This document shows positions 51,833 through 62,204 of a stretch of DNA of 64,000 nt, piece by piece. Position 1 is the first letter of the stretch; each line of letters opens with the position of its first letter. Under the pieces are notes generated by a model. The model was not told where the DNA came from and searched no databases. It saw only the letters and a list, made by a program, of their open reading frames with translations. The stretch is from Fibrobacteria bacterium (GTDB lineage: Bacteria > Fibrobacterota > Fibrobacteria > UBA11236 > JADFYW01). The stretch is taken from assembly GCA_050294405.1 (NCBI GenBank), contig JBNKOC010000028.1, positions 160,001 through 224,000 on the forward strand, read 5' to 3'. Made by a program: the position numbers and the translations under genes.

Positions 51833-52810
51833 ATGAAATGGAAAGCACTTCCAATGCCAGAAGGCATCACTAAAGATGCCTCGAGCAATGCAAAATACGG
51901 AAAATTTGTAATTGAGCCACTTGAAAGAGGCTGGGGAATTACAATTGGAAATGCCTTACGCCGGATTATGTTGTCCAGCCTTCAGGGTGCAGCGGTTGTC
52001 GCTGTCCGTATTGAAGGTATCTCACATGAATTTGACACCATTGAAGGTGTTAAAGAAGATGTTGCTGAAATTATTTTGAATTTGAAAAAGCTTAGAGTAA
52101 AGCTCCTTTCAAATGAAACATCAACTTTGCGTCTGGATGTATCCGGTGAAGGCGATGTGGTTGCAGCCAATATTGAAGAGAATCCTGATGTGGAAATTTT
52201 GAACCCTGATTTGCATATCGCTACTTTGGGAGACAACGGAAACCTATCCATGGAAATCCGAATTGCCGATGGACGCGGTTATGTAAGTTCAGAAGAACTC
52301 AAAAATGAAGAGGACCCTATTGGTGTTATTCCAGTGGATGCCGACTTCTCCCCTGTAACTAAAGTTGCCTTTGAAGTTGTAGATACCCGTGTAGGCCAAA
52401 GAACTGATTTTAACTCTTTGCGCATGGAAATCTGGACCGACGGCAGCCTTGAACCTGAAGATGCCATGGCTTATGCTGCAAAACTAATGGTGGACCACCT
52501 TGAAGTGTTCATCAATTTTGAAGGCGAATTGGAATCCGCGCAGGAAGTGGTTCAGGACGACGAAACAGAAAGATTAAAAGCCTTGTTTAAAATGCGGGTA
52601 GACGAATTGGAGCTTTCCGTTCGTTCCAGCAATTGTTTAAGGCTTGCCAATATTCACACTATTGGCGACTTGGTAAAAAATCCCGAATCCGATATGTTGA
52701 AATACAAAAATTTTGGCCGCAAATCTTTAATCGAATTGAGCGAGGTTTTGGCTAACTTAGGACTTCACTTCGGTATGGAAGTAGACAAAATTCTTGGCCC
52801 TAATGGCTAG
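51833..52810 (+). CDS. rpoA: RNA polymerase alpha subunit
   Basis: EPLERG, GNALRR, LELSVRS.NCL, NFGRKS. Confidence 0.99.
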   Translation: MKWKALPMPEGITKDASSNAKYGKFVIEPLERGWGITIGNALRRIMLSSLQGAAVVAVRIEGISHEFDTIEGVKEDVAEIILNLKKLRVKLLSNETSTLRLDVSGEGDVVAANIEENPDVEILNPDLHIATLGDNGNLSMEIRIADGRGYVSSEELKNEEDPIGVIPVDADFSPVTKVAFEVVDTRVGQRTDFNSLRMEIWTDGSLEPEDAMAYAAKLMVDHLEVFINFEGELESAQEVVQDDETERLKALFKMRVDELELSVRSSNCLRLANIHTIGDLVKNPESDMLKYKNFGRKSLIELSEVLANLGLHFGMEVDKILGPNG

Positions 52811-52834
52811 GATTTAACACAGGAAATTGAAATT

Positions 52835-53386
52835 ATGAGACACGGCAATAAGCTAAATCATTTGGGTAGGGAATCATCCCACCGCAAAATGATGCTGAAT
52901 AATCTGGCAACTTCAATTTTATTGAGTGGCCTTAAGGAAGAACAAATGGAGCGCCAGGTGCGCACTACTTTGCCCAAAGCCAAAGCGGTAAGAGGCTTGG
53001 TTGACAGATTAATAACCTATGGCAAAAAGGGCGATTTGTCTGCAAAAAGGCAGGCAGCTCGTTTTGTAAAAGATAAAGAAGCTTTTAAAGGGCTCTTTTC
53101 TACCCTTGGTGAGCGCTATAAAGAAAGGGATGGCGGTTATACCCGTATTTTAAAACTTTCCAGCAACCGTCATGGCGATAACGCGGAAATGGCAATTATC
53201 ACCTTGGTGGAAGATGAACTGGTTAAAAAGAAAAAGAAAAAAGCTGCTAAAAAGAAAAAAGCAGCACCCAAGGCCGCAGAAGCTAAAGTTGAAGAAACAG
53301 TAGCTCCCCAGCCTGAAGCAGCCGAAGAGCCAAAAGCTGCTGCGGAAGAAACCAGCGAGAAAAAATCGGAAGACAAAGCTGAATAA
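52835..53386 (+). CDS. rplQ: 50S ribosomal protein L17 with Lys/Ala/Glu-rich tail
   Basis: MRHG, LGR.SSHR, TTLPKAK, GGYTRI. Confidence 0.98.
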   Translation: MRHGNKLNHLGRESSHRKMMLNNLATSILLSGLKEEQMERQVRTTLPKAKAVRGLVDRLITYGKKGDLSAKRQAARFVKDKEAFKGLFSTLGERYKERDGGYTRILKLSSNRHGDNAEMAIITLVEDELVKKKKKKAAKKKKAAPKAAEAKVEETVAPQPEAAEEPKAAAEETSEKKSEDKAE

Positions 53387-53405
53387 TTTTTCGCACTAAT
53401 GTTTT

Positions 53406-53434
53406 AAAGGGCACCTTTTTTAGGTGCCTTTTTT
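53406..53434 (+). terminator. Rho-independent terminator of the ribosomal superoperon
   Basis: GGCACCT...AGGTGCC stem plus T6. Confidence 0.9.
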
Positions 53435-53544
53435 ATTGGAGTTAAAGTTATCTCAGAGGAAGATAAAAATGCAGGCTCCATTCAATACCCGGCAAAAACG
53501 CAGAATAATTCATTATATATTATGTTAATGAGAAAAGCAGAATT

Positions 53545-55404
53545 GTGCGTAGAGGGACACCCGATTTGAAAGACAATTTGGATATTCAGGAAAAATTAAA
53601 GCTGCTGCCCGCCATGCCTGGAGTTTATTTAATGAAATCCGCAAGCGGGAAAATTATTTATATCGGCAAAGCAAGAAATTTGAAAGCTAGAGTCTCCTCT
53701 TATTTTCAAAACAGTGTCGCCTATAATCATTTGGCTTCGCAAATATTAAGAGATAAAGCGAAAGATTTGGAATGGTTTGTGACATCCAATGAAAAAGAAG
53801 CTTTGATACTGGAAGCGAATCTGGCAAAAAAGCATTCGCCCAGGTATAACATACTACTTAAAGATGATAAACATTTTCCATACATTAAATTGACCAAAGA
53901 AGAGGGATTCCCCAGATTTGTGGTGACGCGCAAAATAAACAATGATAAAAATGTGTATTTTGGGCCATTTACTGATGCCAGAGCTATGCGAAGGACCATT
54001 AGATATATGCAAAAAACCTTCCGCATCCGGGATTGCAAATATGATTTGCCTTTGAAAAACCCAATTAAACCATGTTTAACATACCACATTGGCCGTTGCG
54101 ATGCGCCCTGCGCGGATATGTATTCAAAGGAAGAGTATGGGAAATTGGTAGAGGAATCGGAATTGTTTTTGAAAGGAAAAAAAAAGGAACTTTTGGTCCA
54201 ATTACAGACTCAAATGAAAGAAGCATCCCGGGAACAGCAATTTGAAAAGGCCGCTAAAGTAAGGGATCAAATAAAAAATATTGAAAAAGTTTTGGAGCGA
54301 CAGAGAGTGGATTTGGGAGATGAATCAGATGCCGATTTAATATCCGTTGCCAGGGAAGGAAAGTTTGGCTGCGCCATGGTTGTGCAAATCCGTGAAGGGC
54401 TGGTTATTGATAAAAAATCCTTTCAATTGACCTGCCCCCTGGAACAATCTGAAATGTATCTAATGACTCAATTTTTAAAAAGCTTCTATTCTGAGGATAT
54501 GTGGATACCCAGAGAAATTTTAGTATCCCATGAGCCAGACGCTGAAGAAAATATGGAGGAGCTACTTTGTGAGCTAAAGGGAAGCAAGGTGAAGTTAACC
54601 CTTCCACAAAAAGGGGAAAAGAAAAAACAACTATTACTCATTGAAAAAAATGCCAAAATGAATGTTGTGGAATATATGGCCTCTGCGGAGCGAAAAAACC
54701 GGACCGATTTATCCGTGGAATCCTTAAAGGACGATTTGCAATTAAAAGAATTGCCCCGCAGAATTGAAGGCTTTGATATATCTCATTTAGCAGGTACGGA
54801 TACCGTAGCTTCTATGGTGGTTTTTAAAGATGGAAAGCCTGAAAAAAAATCCTATCGAAAATTTAACGTAAAGACCGTTGAGGGAATAGATGATTTCGCA
54901 TCCATGCGGGAAATCATTGAAAGGCGGTTAAAAAGACTGGTGGAGGAAAATGGGGAATACCCAAATTTGATGTTAATAGACGGAGGAAAGGGCCAGCTTT
55001 CCTCAGCCTATGAACAATTGAAAAAATTAGGTTTGGAAGATAAGATAGCAATGATAGGCCTGGCAAAAAGGCTTGAAGAAGTTTTCAAACCTAATGAAAG
55101 CCTTCCCCACAACATACCCAAAACTTCCCTAAGCTTAAAGTTGCTTCAGCAGTTACGAGATGAAAGCCACAGGTTTGCTATAACTTTCCAAAAATCAAAA
55201 AGAAAAAAATACCTGCAAGCCAGTTGGTTAGATGAAATCCCCGGAATTGGCCAAAAAAGAAAGGAAAGTCTTTTTCAACAATTTAAAACGCCTCAAAAAA
55301 TAAAAACTTTGAATTTAGCCGAATTTCAAAAGGTTTTTGGTAAAAAAACAGGCTTGACGATATGGCAAAATATTCAGAGATTTTTAGAAGGATCAAATAA
55401 ATAA
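53545..55404 (+). CDS. uvrC: Excinuclease ABC subunit C
   Basis: PGVYLM..IYIGKA GIY-YIG, EALILE, UVR domain, FDISH, IDGGKGQ, RDESHRFA, HhH. Confidence 0.97.
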   Translation: MRRGTPDLKDNLDIQEKLKLLPAMPGVYLMKSASGKIIYIGKARNLKARVSSYFQNSVAYNHLASQILRDKAKDLEWFVTSNEKEALILEANLAKKHSPRYNILLKDDKHFPYIKLTKEEGFPRFVVTRKINNDKNVYFGPFTDARAMRRTIRYMQKTFRIRDCKYDLPLKNPIKPCLTYHIGRCDAPCADMYSKEEYGKLVEESELFLKGKKKELLVQLQTQMKEASREQQFEKAAKVRDQIKNIEKVLERQRVDLGDESDADLISVAREGKFGCAMVVQIREGLVIDKKSFQLTCPLEQSEMYLMTQFLKSFYSEDMWIPREILVSHEPDAEENMEELLCELKGSKVKLTLPQKGEKKKQLLLIEKNAKMNVVEYMASAERKNRTDLSVESLKDDLQLKELPRRIEGFDISHLAGTDTVASMVVFKDGKPEKKSYRKFNVKTVEGIDDFASMREIIERRLKRLVEENGEYPNLMLIDGGKGQLSSAYEQLKKLGLEDKIAMIGLAKRLEEVFKPNESLPHNIPKTSLSLKLLQQLRDESHRFAITFQKSKRKKYLQASWLDEIPGIGQKRKESLFQQFKTPQKIKTLNLAEFQKVFGKKTGLTIWQNIQRFLEGSNK

Positions 55405-55522
55405 TTTTTTATAAAATTATAATTAGACCAGGCCCCAATCCCCCCGCTAATTCTAAGCCCTTTTAATAATTTTAAACCAAATTTACTGTTTTATGTATGT
55501 GGTAAAAAAATAAAAAAAATTT

Positions 55523-55550
55523 TTGCGTTTTAAAAAAACTGTGGTATATT
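55523..55550 (+). promoter_or_regulatory. Putative sigma70 promoter
   Basis: TTGCGT-N16-TATATT with TG extension and an A-tract upstream. Confidence 0.45.
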
Positions 55551-55667
55551 AATTGAGCTGGCTTTGGCTGATGTTAGTAAAAAAGATCAGTTTAAGATTT
55601 GGCAATCTATAACAGGTGAATTTTCAAAACCCGTTAAAGTAAACATGAACCAATGATGGAGGATGTT

Positions 55668-55901
55668 ATGCGCGAAAATCGAGACAGAAGCTATTTTAAA
55701 GCAGATGGGTACGAAGAAGAACCGGTTTCCAACTACATAAGCCAAGAACATTACGAAGATACTTTCGCACCCGACGAGCGAACCCCGCTTGAATTTGCGG
55801 ACAGGCACGAAGATGACGGACCAAATCCCGCCTCTGTTTCCGGCCAATGGGATGTTATCAGCCAAGAAATTTATGTTAACAAGGGTGAAAGGCCCGTTTA
55901 A
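55668..55901 (+). CDS. Small acidic hypothetical protein (77 aa)
   Basis: GGAGG RBS before ATG 55668, own promoter-like sequence and terminator; Asp/Glu-rich. Confidence 0.6.
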   Translation: MRENRDRSYFKADGYEEEPVSNYISQEHYEDTFAPDERTPLEFADRHEDDGPNPASVSGQWDVISQEIYVNKGERPV

Positions 55902-55917
55902 GGGCCTTTAAAACCCT
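55882..55917. terminator. Bidirectional terminator-like hairpin between convergent genes
   Basis: AAAGGCCC-gtttaa-GGGCCTTT, extendable by AGGGT/ACCCT. Confidence 0.65.
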
Positions 55918-58900
55918 ATATTCCCATTCCATCTTTACCAATGGTTCCCACCAGGGACTTTTGGTAATTAGGGTGGTTTAGATTTTTAAGCTGGTTTTTA
56001 ACATATCGGATTTTTCCATCCAGATTTAAAAAACCCGCCAGATTGGAATCGTATTCCTTGTGCTTAAAATCATTTAAATAGGAAAGGCTGTTTTCAAGCT
56101 GCATTTTGTCATAGTCCACTTGATTTTGAAGCCTCTTGGAATACCAATCTGATTTTATCATGTTATCCAATTTAAACATATCGCGGAACTCAGGGCTATC
56201 AACCTTTAAACCCTGATATTCGCCATAGGCCATTATATGTATCAGAACCTTTAATGGAGGACATGCCAAGTTGTCTCCACCATTTTTTACAATAGCTTCG
56301 GCTATTTTCATTTGGGTATCCGTGATGTTGCAAACGCCATCCACAAAATCATCCATATTTTGTTTTTCGGGTTTTAACATATCTTCGGGAAAAACAGAAA
56401 GGGGAGATACAAATACTCTGCCCAGAAAGCTCCTCACAAAGTTTTGGGTTATACGGTAGCCAAGCCGTGAAGCCAGAACAGTTCTCCCCTTGTGTTTGAA
56501 ATCTTCTAGTTTTTCAAAATAGCGGTTTTTTATAAGATAATCGATGTCTCTTTCTCCAATGTCCAATCGACACCATATTTCCGGTATAAGAAGACTTAAA
56601 TCGTGATCTACCTTGTATTTGCTACCGATGTGGCCTGCCGGGGTGGAAAAAACGGGATAACCACATAGAATATAACTCACAAGGGCATTGTTTAAATCTG
56701 TAATGGCGTTTAACATGTTAAAGGGGCCTTTAGTTAAAGGGCCCTCACTTCCGGCGCCAGTGGTGGAAGGGGACTTGCCTGTTAAGCTGCTGATAAAGTC
56801 CATAAACAATTCAGGCAAGGGTTGATAGTGTAAGGGGTTGTAAACTGCAAGGGGCAAAATCTTTTTGGCATGGTCCGATGGATTATTACGGCGGCCGATT
56901 AGTACGGCATTGACGGGCATAATGGGCTCTTCATTTGGACTTAGCTTTCGATGCAGCCGTAATGACATTCTGTTGAGATACAAGCCTTCGGGGTGAATTA
57001 AATTGGGATTGGTTTGCAGGTAGCGTACATTAGGTGAAGGAATTCCATTGATGAGACGCCCCTCGGAGCTGCTGATAAAATATTTACCAGGAGCTTTTAA
57101 GGCGTTTTCAATAATACCCTTCATGGGAGGAGTAAATTTTTCAAAATTTATTTTGTCCTCGTATATGTTAAGAGCATCGTTGTAATCAAGGGGTTGGTAA
57201 TTAGATACAAAGGTATTGGGCTGAGCCAAATCGTGCTCGGCTTGGATGTCAAAGCCCCGATGTTTAGCATCATCCGGGCGTTGGAATAGACGATATTCGC
57301 AGTTTTGCACAAATTTTTGACTGAAATTATCGTATTTGGGATTGCCATTTTTTAATTGCTTAGCTGGAAGGGTAATGGAAGCGGTAATGTCATCTTCCAT
57401 TTGAATTTTTTCAGCAGGCATATAATCAATTCGCAAACGGTATAACTGCCATTTTCCCTTAGTATCTGTTCCTACTCTAAGGTAACTGGAAATTAACTTG
57501 CGTTGGTCCAAATTGAGTTCGTAGCCTGGAGTCCCATCCATGTAATCTACAGAAAAATGTTGTTTCCAGTCTTTGCCCCATTCAGGTTTGTAAAAGCGTT
57601 TCACAGCCAAAACTAAATGAAGGATATGTTTGGGAATAGTAGTGAGCCATTTGTTATAGCTATCGGTATATTCATCGGCGGGAGTCATGAGTTTTATGAC
57701 TGATCCCAAAGAACGTTCGGAACTTAGAATGGGCCTGGATTTGGGTTTGGGTGTGATTTTTTCTTTAAATCTGTCTCCGTAGTCTTTGGCCAAAAGTTTT
57801 TCTACTTCGGCAAAATCAGCTTCAAAATCTTTTATGTAAAAGTTGTGGTACACGATGGAGTCGGAAATGGATTTGGATATTTCGGACTTGCCTCCACCGG
57901 ATACGGTGCAGGGTTTGTGACAAAGGGTTCCTTCGGCAACGGAGCCCACTAAACGCCAGGAAGGAGCCCCGCTGTGTTTTTCCATGCGGATTTTATAACC
58001 CGATGGATGCACATATACATTGTCGGGCAATAGTTTGATTTTAGCAGGCGTTTTGCCGTTTTTCCAACTTATGGACTGGGAGTGTAAATCAAATTCGGCA
58101 TTGTCAGGAACATAGATAATATGGGGGAAGTTTTTATCGACTCCATAGCCTTCTTTTTTTAAGTGCATGACGCTTTTGAACTTTTTGGAAACATCTTTCC
58201 AGCGCATGCCTAATTTTTTCATGTAATCATCTTCCCGAAAGCTGTCTCCCAAAGAGTAGCTGGGGCAAATAAAGGCTCCACCGGCGTGTTCTTCTTCAAC
58301 TAAGCCAGCCAAATTCGCAGCAAAGCTTATTTGAGTTTTAACTTCTTTTTTGCAGTAGCCAAAATAATTGTCTCCAATAAGGGTAATGACCAAGCCCTCT
58401 TCGGTGCGGAAAAAGGCTTTGAAGGCATTGCCATCGTTGTACAACTCGCCTTCCTTTTTCCAACACATTCCATCTTTTTTCTGAAGTTCAGTAGCCTTTG
58501 AAAAATGGGGAAGCCCTAGTTCTTTTTTAGTGAGCTTAGTCATGTGCGGGGCCAGAATAACCAGGCCGCTGTGACCCGTAAAGTTTTCCACGTCCAGAGC
58601 GGAGTCGTTTTGAGGGAGCAAGGGATCTCCGGCATTGCCAAAAATAGATTCCACAAAATCGAGATTGGATACCAAACTTCCGGGCACTAGAAACAGCATT
58701 TCCATGGACTTGGCCTTTGAAAATCCAGGGACTTCAGGAAAAACCAGAGGCCTCAAGAAAAGGCTTACAAAGCTCTGGGCTTTATTTTTCTGAGTAGAGG
58801 TAAAAGGAAGCTCTAACAGCTTTTTAGGTGGATGTAAGGCATGCCATAAAAGATTTCCATAAGCTATTTGCGGAATGGTTATTTTGTTGTGCTCGATAAA

Positions 58901-59374
58901 GCCATATCCCCCCTGGGAAATATGAAAGGAGTTTTTAGTGGTGCGCCGGTCATTTATGGGGTTGTGGAGAACACCTTGCTGGATTCGATAGGAATCCACA
59001 TATTCATTTTTGTAAAAATCTTTATCGGGGGGAAGGCTTAGGGTTCTGGCCTGGCCGTGGCTGTCCAGATGGATTTTTTTTTGGGGCAACTGATGTTTTT
59101 TGCCCCATTCTTTAACGGGAAAATGTTTGTAAATAAAATTTTGCAAACGCGTTTCAATGGGAGAATGAGAACTGTGCAGGAGCAATTTCAGCTGATCCTG
59201 GTACTCTCCTAAAAGGGCGTGCCCGTTTTTGATTTCGTCTTGCGAAAGTTCCTTTTCGTAAGTGGGCAGGTCAGCCAATTTCAGTTTGAAATTTATTTTT
59301 GCCACCATTTCCTCGAGAGGAGGAATGACATTGCTGCCATTAGAAAATCCGATTTTTGTTTTTAGAACGTCCAA
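55916..59374 (-). CDS. Pyrophosphate-dependent phosphoenolpyruvate carboxykinase (PPi-PEPCK)
   Basis: About 1150 aa; GVLHNP..DRRTT, NYFGYCKKEVKTQ, CHKPCTVSGGGKSEISK, CEYRLFQRPDDA, GKSPSTTGAGSEG; start set at TTG 59374 after GGGAGA (track start 59482). Confidence 0.88.
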   Translation of the reverse strand: MDVLKTKIGFSNGSNVIPPLEEMVAKINFKLKLADLPTYEKELSQDEIKNGHALLGEYQDQLKLLLHSSHSPIETRLQNFIYKHFPVKEWGKKHQLPQKKIHLDSHGQARTLSLPPDKDFYKNEYVDSYRIQQGVLHNPINDRRTTKNSFHISQGGYGFIEHNKITIPQIAYGNLLWHALHPPKKLLELPFTSTQKNKAQSFVSLFLRPLVFPEVPGFSKAKSMEMLFLVPGSLVSNLDFVESIFGNAGDPLLPQNDSALDVENFTGHSGLVILAPHMTKLTKKELGLPHFSKATELQKKDGMCWKKEGELYNDGNAFKAFFRTEEGLVITLIGDNYFGYCKKEVKTQISFAANLAGLVEEEHAGGAFICPSYSLGDSFREDDYMKKLGMRWKDVSKKFKSVMHLKKEGYGVDKNFPHIIYVPDNAEFDLHSQSISWKNGKTPAKIKLLPDNVYVHPSGYKIRMEKHSGAPSWRLVGSVAEGTLCHKPCTVSGGGKSEISKSISDSIVYHNFYIKDFEADFAEVEKLLAKDYGDRFKEKITPKPKSRPILSSERSLGSVIKLMTPADEYTDSYNKWLTTIPKHILHLVLAVKRFYKPEWGKDWKQHFSVDYMDGTPGYELNLDQRKLISSYLRVGTDTKGKWQLYRLRIDYMPAEKIQMEDDITASITLPAKQLKNGNPKYDNFSQKFVQNCEYRLFQRPDDAKHRGFDIQAEHDLAQPNTFVSNYQPLDYNDALNIYEDKINFEKFTPPMKGIIENALKAPGKYFISSSEGRLINGIPSPNVRYLQTNPNLIHPEGLYLNRMSLRLHRKLSPNEEPIMPVNAVLIGRRNNPSDHAKKILPLAVYNPLHYQPLPELFMDFISSLTGKSPSTTGAGSEGPLTKGPFNMLNAITDLNNALVSYILCGYPVFSTPAGHIGSKYKVDHDLSLLIPEIWCRLDIGERDIDYLIKNRYFEKLEDFKHKGRTVLASRLGYRITQNFVRSFLGRVFVSPLSVFPEDMLKPEKQNMDDFVDGVCNITDTQMKIAEAIVKNGGDNLACPPLKVLIHIMAYGEYQGLKVDSPEFRDMFKLDNMIKSDWYSKRLQNQVDYDKMQLENSLSYLNDFKHKEYDSNLAGFLNLDGKIRYVKNQLKNLNHPNYQKSLVGTIGKDGMGI

Positions 59375-59527
59375 GCTGCTTCTCCCATTTTTCTTTAAAA
59401 AACTAAAAAAATATTTTGCGGTTTTGAATAGGCCTTCCAAATACGGTGAAAGATGGAGCTGGTATGGGAAAGATTGCCCCACATTTATCTATATGGAGTT
59501 AAATTATGAAGGAGGGGTTAGGGAGTT

Positions 59528-60301
59528 ATGTCTTTAAAAAAAATAAACGGTTTTTTAGGTTGGGACACAGGTATATTGCTGGTTATCCCCTCCTTTATTT
59601 TATTGGCTTGTACGGAACCTGAAGGCGTGAAGTCAAAAATTGAAATAAATCTCAGCCATACCGTGGGCGCTGAACCTTTGCATCTGGACAGTCTGATGTA
59701 CCGGAATAAAGCCTTGAATGTTTTTTCCGTAGAAGAATTACGGTATTATCTTTCTGGCTTTAAGTTGAAGTTCAAAAAAAATATCAGCCCTAAATCTATT
59801 GACCAGTTTAAATACATAGATGTACGAGATACATCGGAAGGAAAATTTACGCTGGAATTGGATGGTGAAGGGAAACTGGAATACTTGGAAATGGTATTGG
59901 GCTTTAGTCCCGAAAATAATCATTGGGATTATTTGCCTTCTACTCAGGAAAATATAAATATGAAGTGGCCGCTTCATTTGGGAGGGGGGTATCATTTTTT
60001 GAAATTAGAAGGCTGGGTGAAACAATCCCAGGATTCCCTGTTATCTTATACCGTACATCTGGGAGCCAGTCCGGAAGAAAACCTGGAACTAAACATAAGG
60101 TTTGCGCCGGATTCAGAATTGGAAATTAATTCAGACAGAACCCTAAAACTAAACCTTGCTATGGATGTATTGGGCTGGTTGGATGGGCCCAATATATATA
60201 ATGTGCTTAAAGCGGGGGAAACCATGACTAACGATTCTTTAAAACATGTGCTTCTGGAAAATGGCGCAATAAATACCTTTAGCCTTTCGGTTGCAAATTG
60301 A
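59528..60301 (+). CDS. MbnP-family putative copper-binding lipoprotein
   Basis: Lipobox LLAC, LRYYLS, M.W....GGGYHFLKLEG, VHLG; coupled to a di-heme enzyme. Confidence 0.75.
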   Translation: MSLKKINGFLGWDTGILLVIPSFILLACTEPEGVKSKIEINLSHTVGAEPLHLDSLMYRNKALNVFSVEELRYYLSGFKLKFKKNISPKSIDQFKYIDVRDTSEGKFTLELDGEGKLEYLEMVLGFSPENNHWDYLPSTQENINMKWPLHLGGGYHFLKLEGWVKQSQDSLLSYTVHLGASPEENLELNIRFAPDSELEINSDRTLKLNLAMDVLGWLDGPNIYNVLKAGETMTNDSLKHVLLENGAINTFSLSVAN

Positions 60302-61395
60302 AAGGTTTTTTTTGCATAAAGATGAAACACGCTGAAATTTTATCTCTGGCATTTATCTGCGGTTTTGGGTTATTTGTTTTTTCCGGCTGTTTGTTTGACA
60401 AATCAAACACTGAAGTTTCTGAAAAGGTTTTTTTGGATAGTTTGCCGGGTTATCCCATTGCTGAAATCCCTGCCGATAATCCTTTGAGCGTGAAAGGCAT
60501 TGAGCTAGGGCGGATGTTGTTTTATGATCCGATTTTATCTGCGGATAGCAGTATGTCTTGCGGAACCTGCCACAACCAGGCCAGGGCCTTTACAGACAAT
60601 GGCCGTCGCTTTAGCCTGGGAATTCACGGAGACACGGGAAATGTTAATGCTTCATCAATAATAAGCCCGGCCTGGAACAATTTTAATTTTTGGAACGGAA
60701 GAGCGCAAAGCCTGGAACAGCAGGCCTTGGGGCCTGTGGTAAATCCCATTGAAATGGCCTCTGGCAGCTGGGTCCAGGTGGCCCATAAATTAAACAGCCA
60801 CAGCAGCTATCCCAAACTGTTTAAAAGCGTTTTTGGAGTTTCTAATATCGATTCCATGTTAGTGGTCCAGGCTATCTCCCAGTTTGAGAGGACCTTGATT
60901 TCCAACAATTCAAAATACGACAGAATGCGAAGGGGTGAAGCCAGCTTTAGCGATGAAGAGTCCAGAGGTTTTTTCGCATTTATGGGTCCTACCCAGGGAG
61001 ATTGCTTTCACTGCCATGTTGTGGATATGTTTTACGATAATTTGTTTCACAACAATGGTATTGATTCTGTTATTGAGCCTGAATCCGGTTTGGGCGCCAC
61101 CACTAAAAATCCCCTGGATGATGGAAAATGGAAGACCCCCACTTTAAGAAATGTGGAGTATACCGCCCCATATATGCACGATGGACGTTTTCAAACCCTT
61201 GAAGAGGTGATAAACCATTATGCTTCGGGAGTGGTGCTAACACCCACTACCAGTCCCTTAGTAGCTAAGCGCCTTCGAGGTGAAATTCCACCTCTTTCTG
61301 AGGAGGACAAGCGCCTTATTATTGTATTTTTAAAAACCCTTTCGGACCCGGAGTTTATTTCGAATCCGGATTTTTCAAATCCTTTTCTGGAATGA
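60298..61395 (+). CDS. MbnH-like di-heme cytochrome c peroxidase/MauG-family enzyme
   Basis: PADNPL..LGR.LFYD, CGTCH and CFHCH, FWNGRA, KTPTLRN, PYMHDG; lipobox FSGC; likely start ATG 60322. Confidence 0.9.
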   Translation: MKGFFCIKMKHAEILSLAFICGFGLFVFSGCLFDKSNTEVSEKVFLDSLPGYPIAEIPADNPLSVKGIELGRMLFYDPILSADSSMSCGTCHNQARAFTDNGRRFSLGIHGDTGNVNASSIISPAWNNFNFWNGRAQSLEQQALGPVVNPIEMASGSWVQVAHKLNSHSSYPKLFKSVFGVSNIDSMLVVQAISQFERTLISNNSKYDRMRRGEASFSDEESRGFFAFMGPTQGDCFHCHVVDMFYDNLFHNNGIDSVIEPESGLGATTKNPLDDGKWKTPTLRNVEYTAPYMHDGRFQTLEEVINHYASGVVLTPTTSPLVAKRLRGEIPPLSEEDKRLIIVFLKTLSDPEFISNPDFSNPFLE

Positions 61396-62122
61396 ATTTC
61401 CCATTTAGATAGTAATATTTGTTGTTATACCTCCCCACCACGTTGGGAAGAAATCCAAATAAAGGATAGGATGTTTTTTTTATCTCATTCTTATGAGTTT
61501 TGGGAATTGATGTATAGGCGTGTTCTAAAAAGTCTTCCAAACTTACAGAAACCCCAGGCATTCTGCCGTTTCCCCTTTTGTGAATTCGGCCTTCGATAAC
61601 AAAATACACAGAGGGCTCAAATATGCAATCCACTGTTGGCGTCCAGCCAAAATCCCTGGTGGAATCGGCGCCATTAAAAAAAGCAAGGAAAAGAGTATCT
61701 TGCATGGGAGCAAATGTTATGCTATCCGTGCCGGAGTAAGCCCATATTTGCTGCAGGCTGATGTTTTGGTTTTCCAAGCTGTCTTTATAGGCAGATAAAA
61801 AACTAACGTCCAACTTTTGACCGCGGTACTGAACAATAACCGGGATGCTATCACCCACATAGCTGGTATCCCATTCATCCCATTGGCCAGTTACCTGTAA
61901 ATTTCCGGTATATACATATTTACTTTCTTTCCATTTTAACAAGAGGTCCTGAAGTAAATATTCCTGGTAAAAAGTATCTATCACGCAAATTGGAGGGCTG
62001 ATAACACACTGGCTTTCCACACTTACGCCGGGAGATAAGGTATCAAGGGATATTTCCATATTAGGGCATATATGGGCTCCCAGAGTGCAGTAAAGGAAAA
62101 AAAATAAAACAGCTTTTAGCAT
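61355..62122 (-). CDS. Hypothetical secreted protein
   Basis: N-terminal signal-like segment; basic C-terminal tail ending YYLNGK. Confidence 0.6.
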   Translation of the reverse strand: MLKAVLFFFLYCTLGAHICPNMEISLDTLSPGVSVESQCVISPPICVIDTFYQEYLLQDLLLKWKESKYVYTGNLQVTGQWDEWDTSYVGDSIPVIVQYRGQKLDVSFLSAYKDSLENQNISLQQIWAYSGTDSITFAPMQDTLFLAFFNGADSTRDFGWTPTVDCIFEPSVYFVIEGRIHKRGNGRMPGVSVSLEDFLEHAYTSIPKTHKNEIKKTSYPLFGFLPNVVGRYNNKYYYLNGKFIPEKDLKNPDSK

Positions 62123-62204
62123 AGGGAAAATTTAGCCAACTTATAAAATATAAAGAAAAAGTATTTAAGCTGTATTTTGAAAGCTGGTAATTTAGGCGGG
62201 CAGG

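Noticed and set aside
59528..61395. Methanobactin biosynthetic cluster
   Set aside because: No precursor peptide, MbnB/C or transporter is visible; MbnP/H pairs occur widely on their own.
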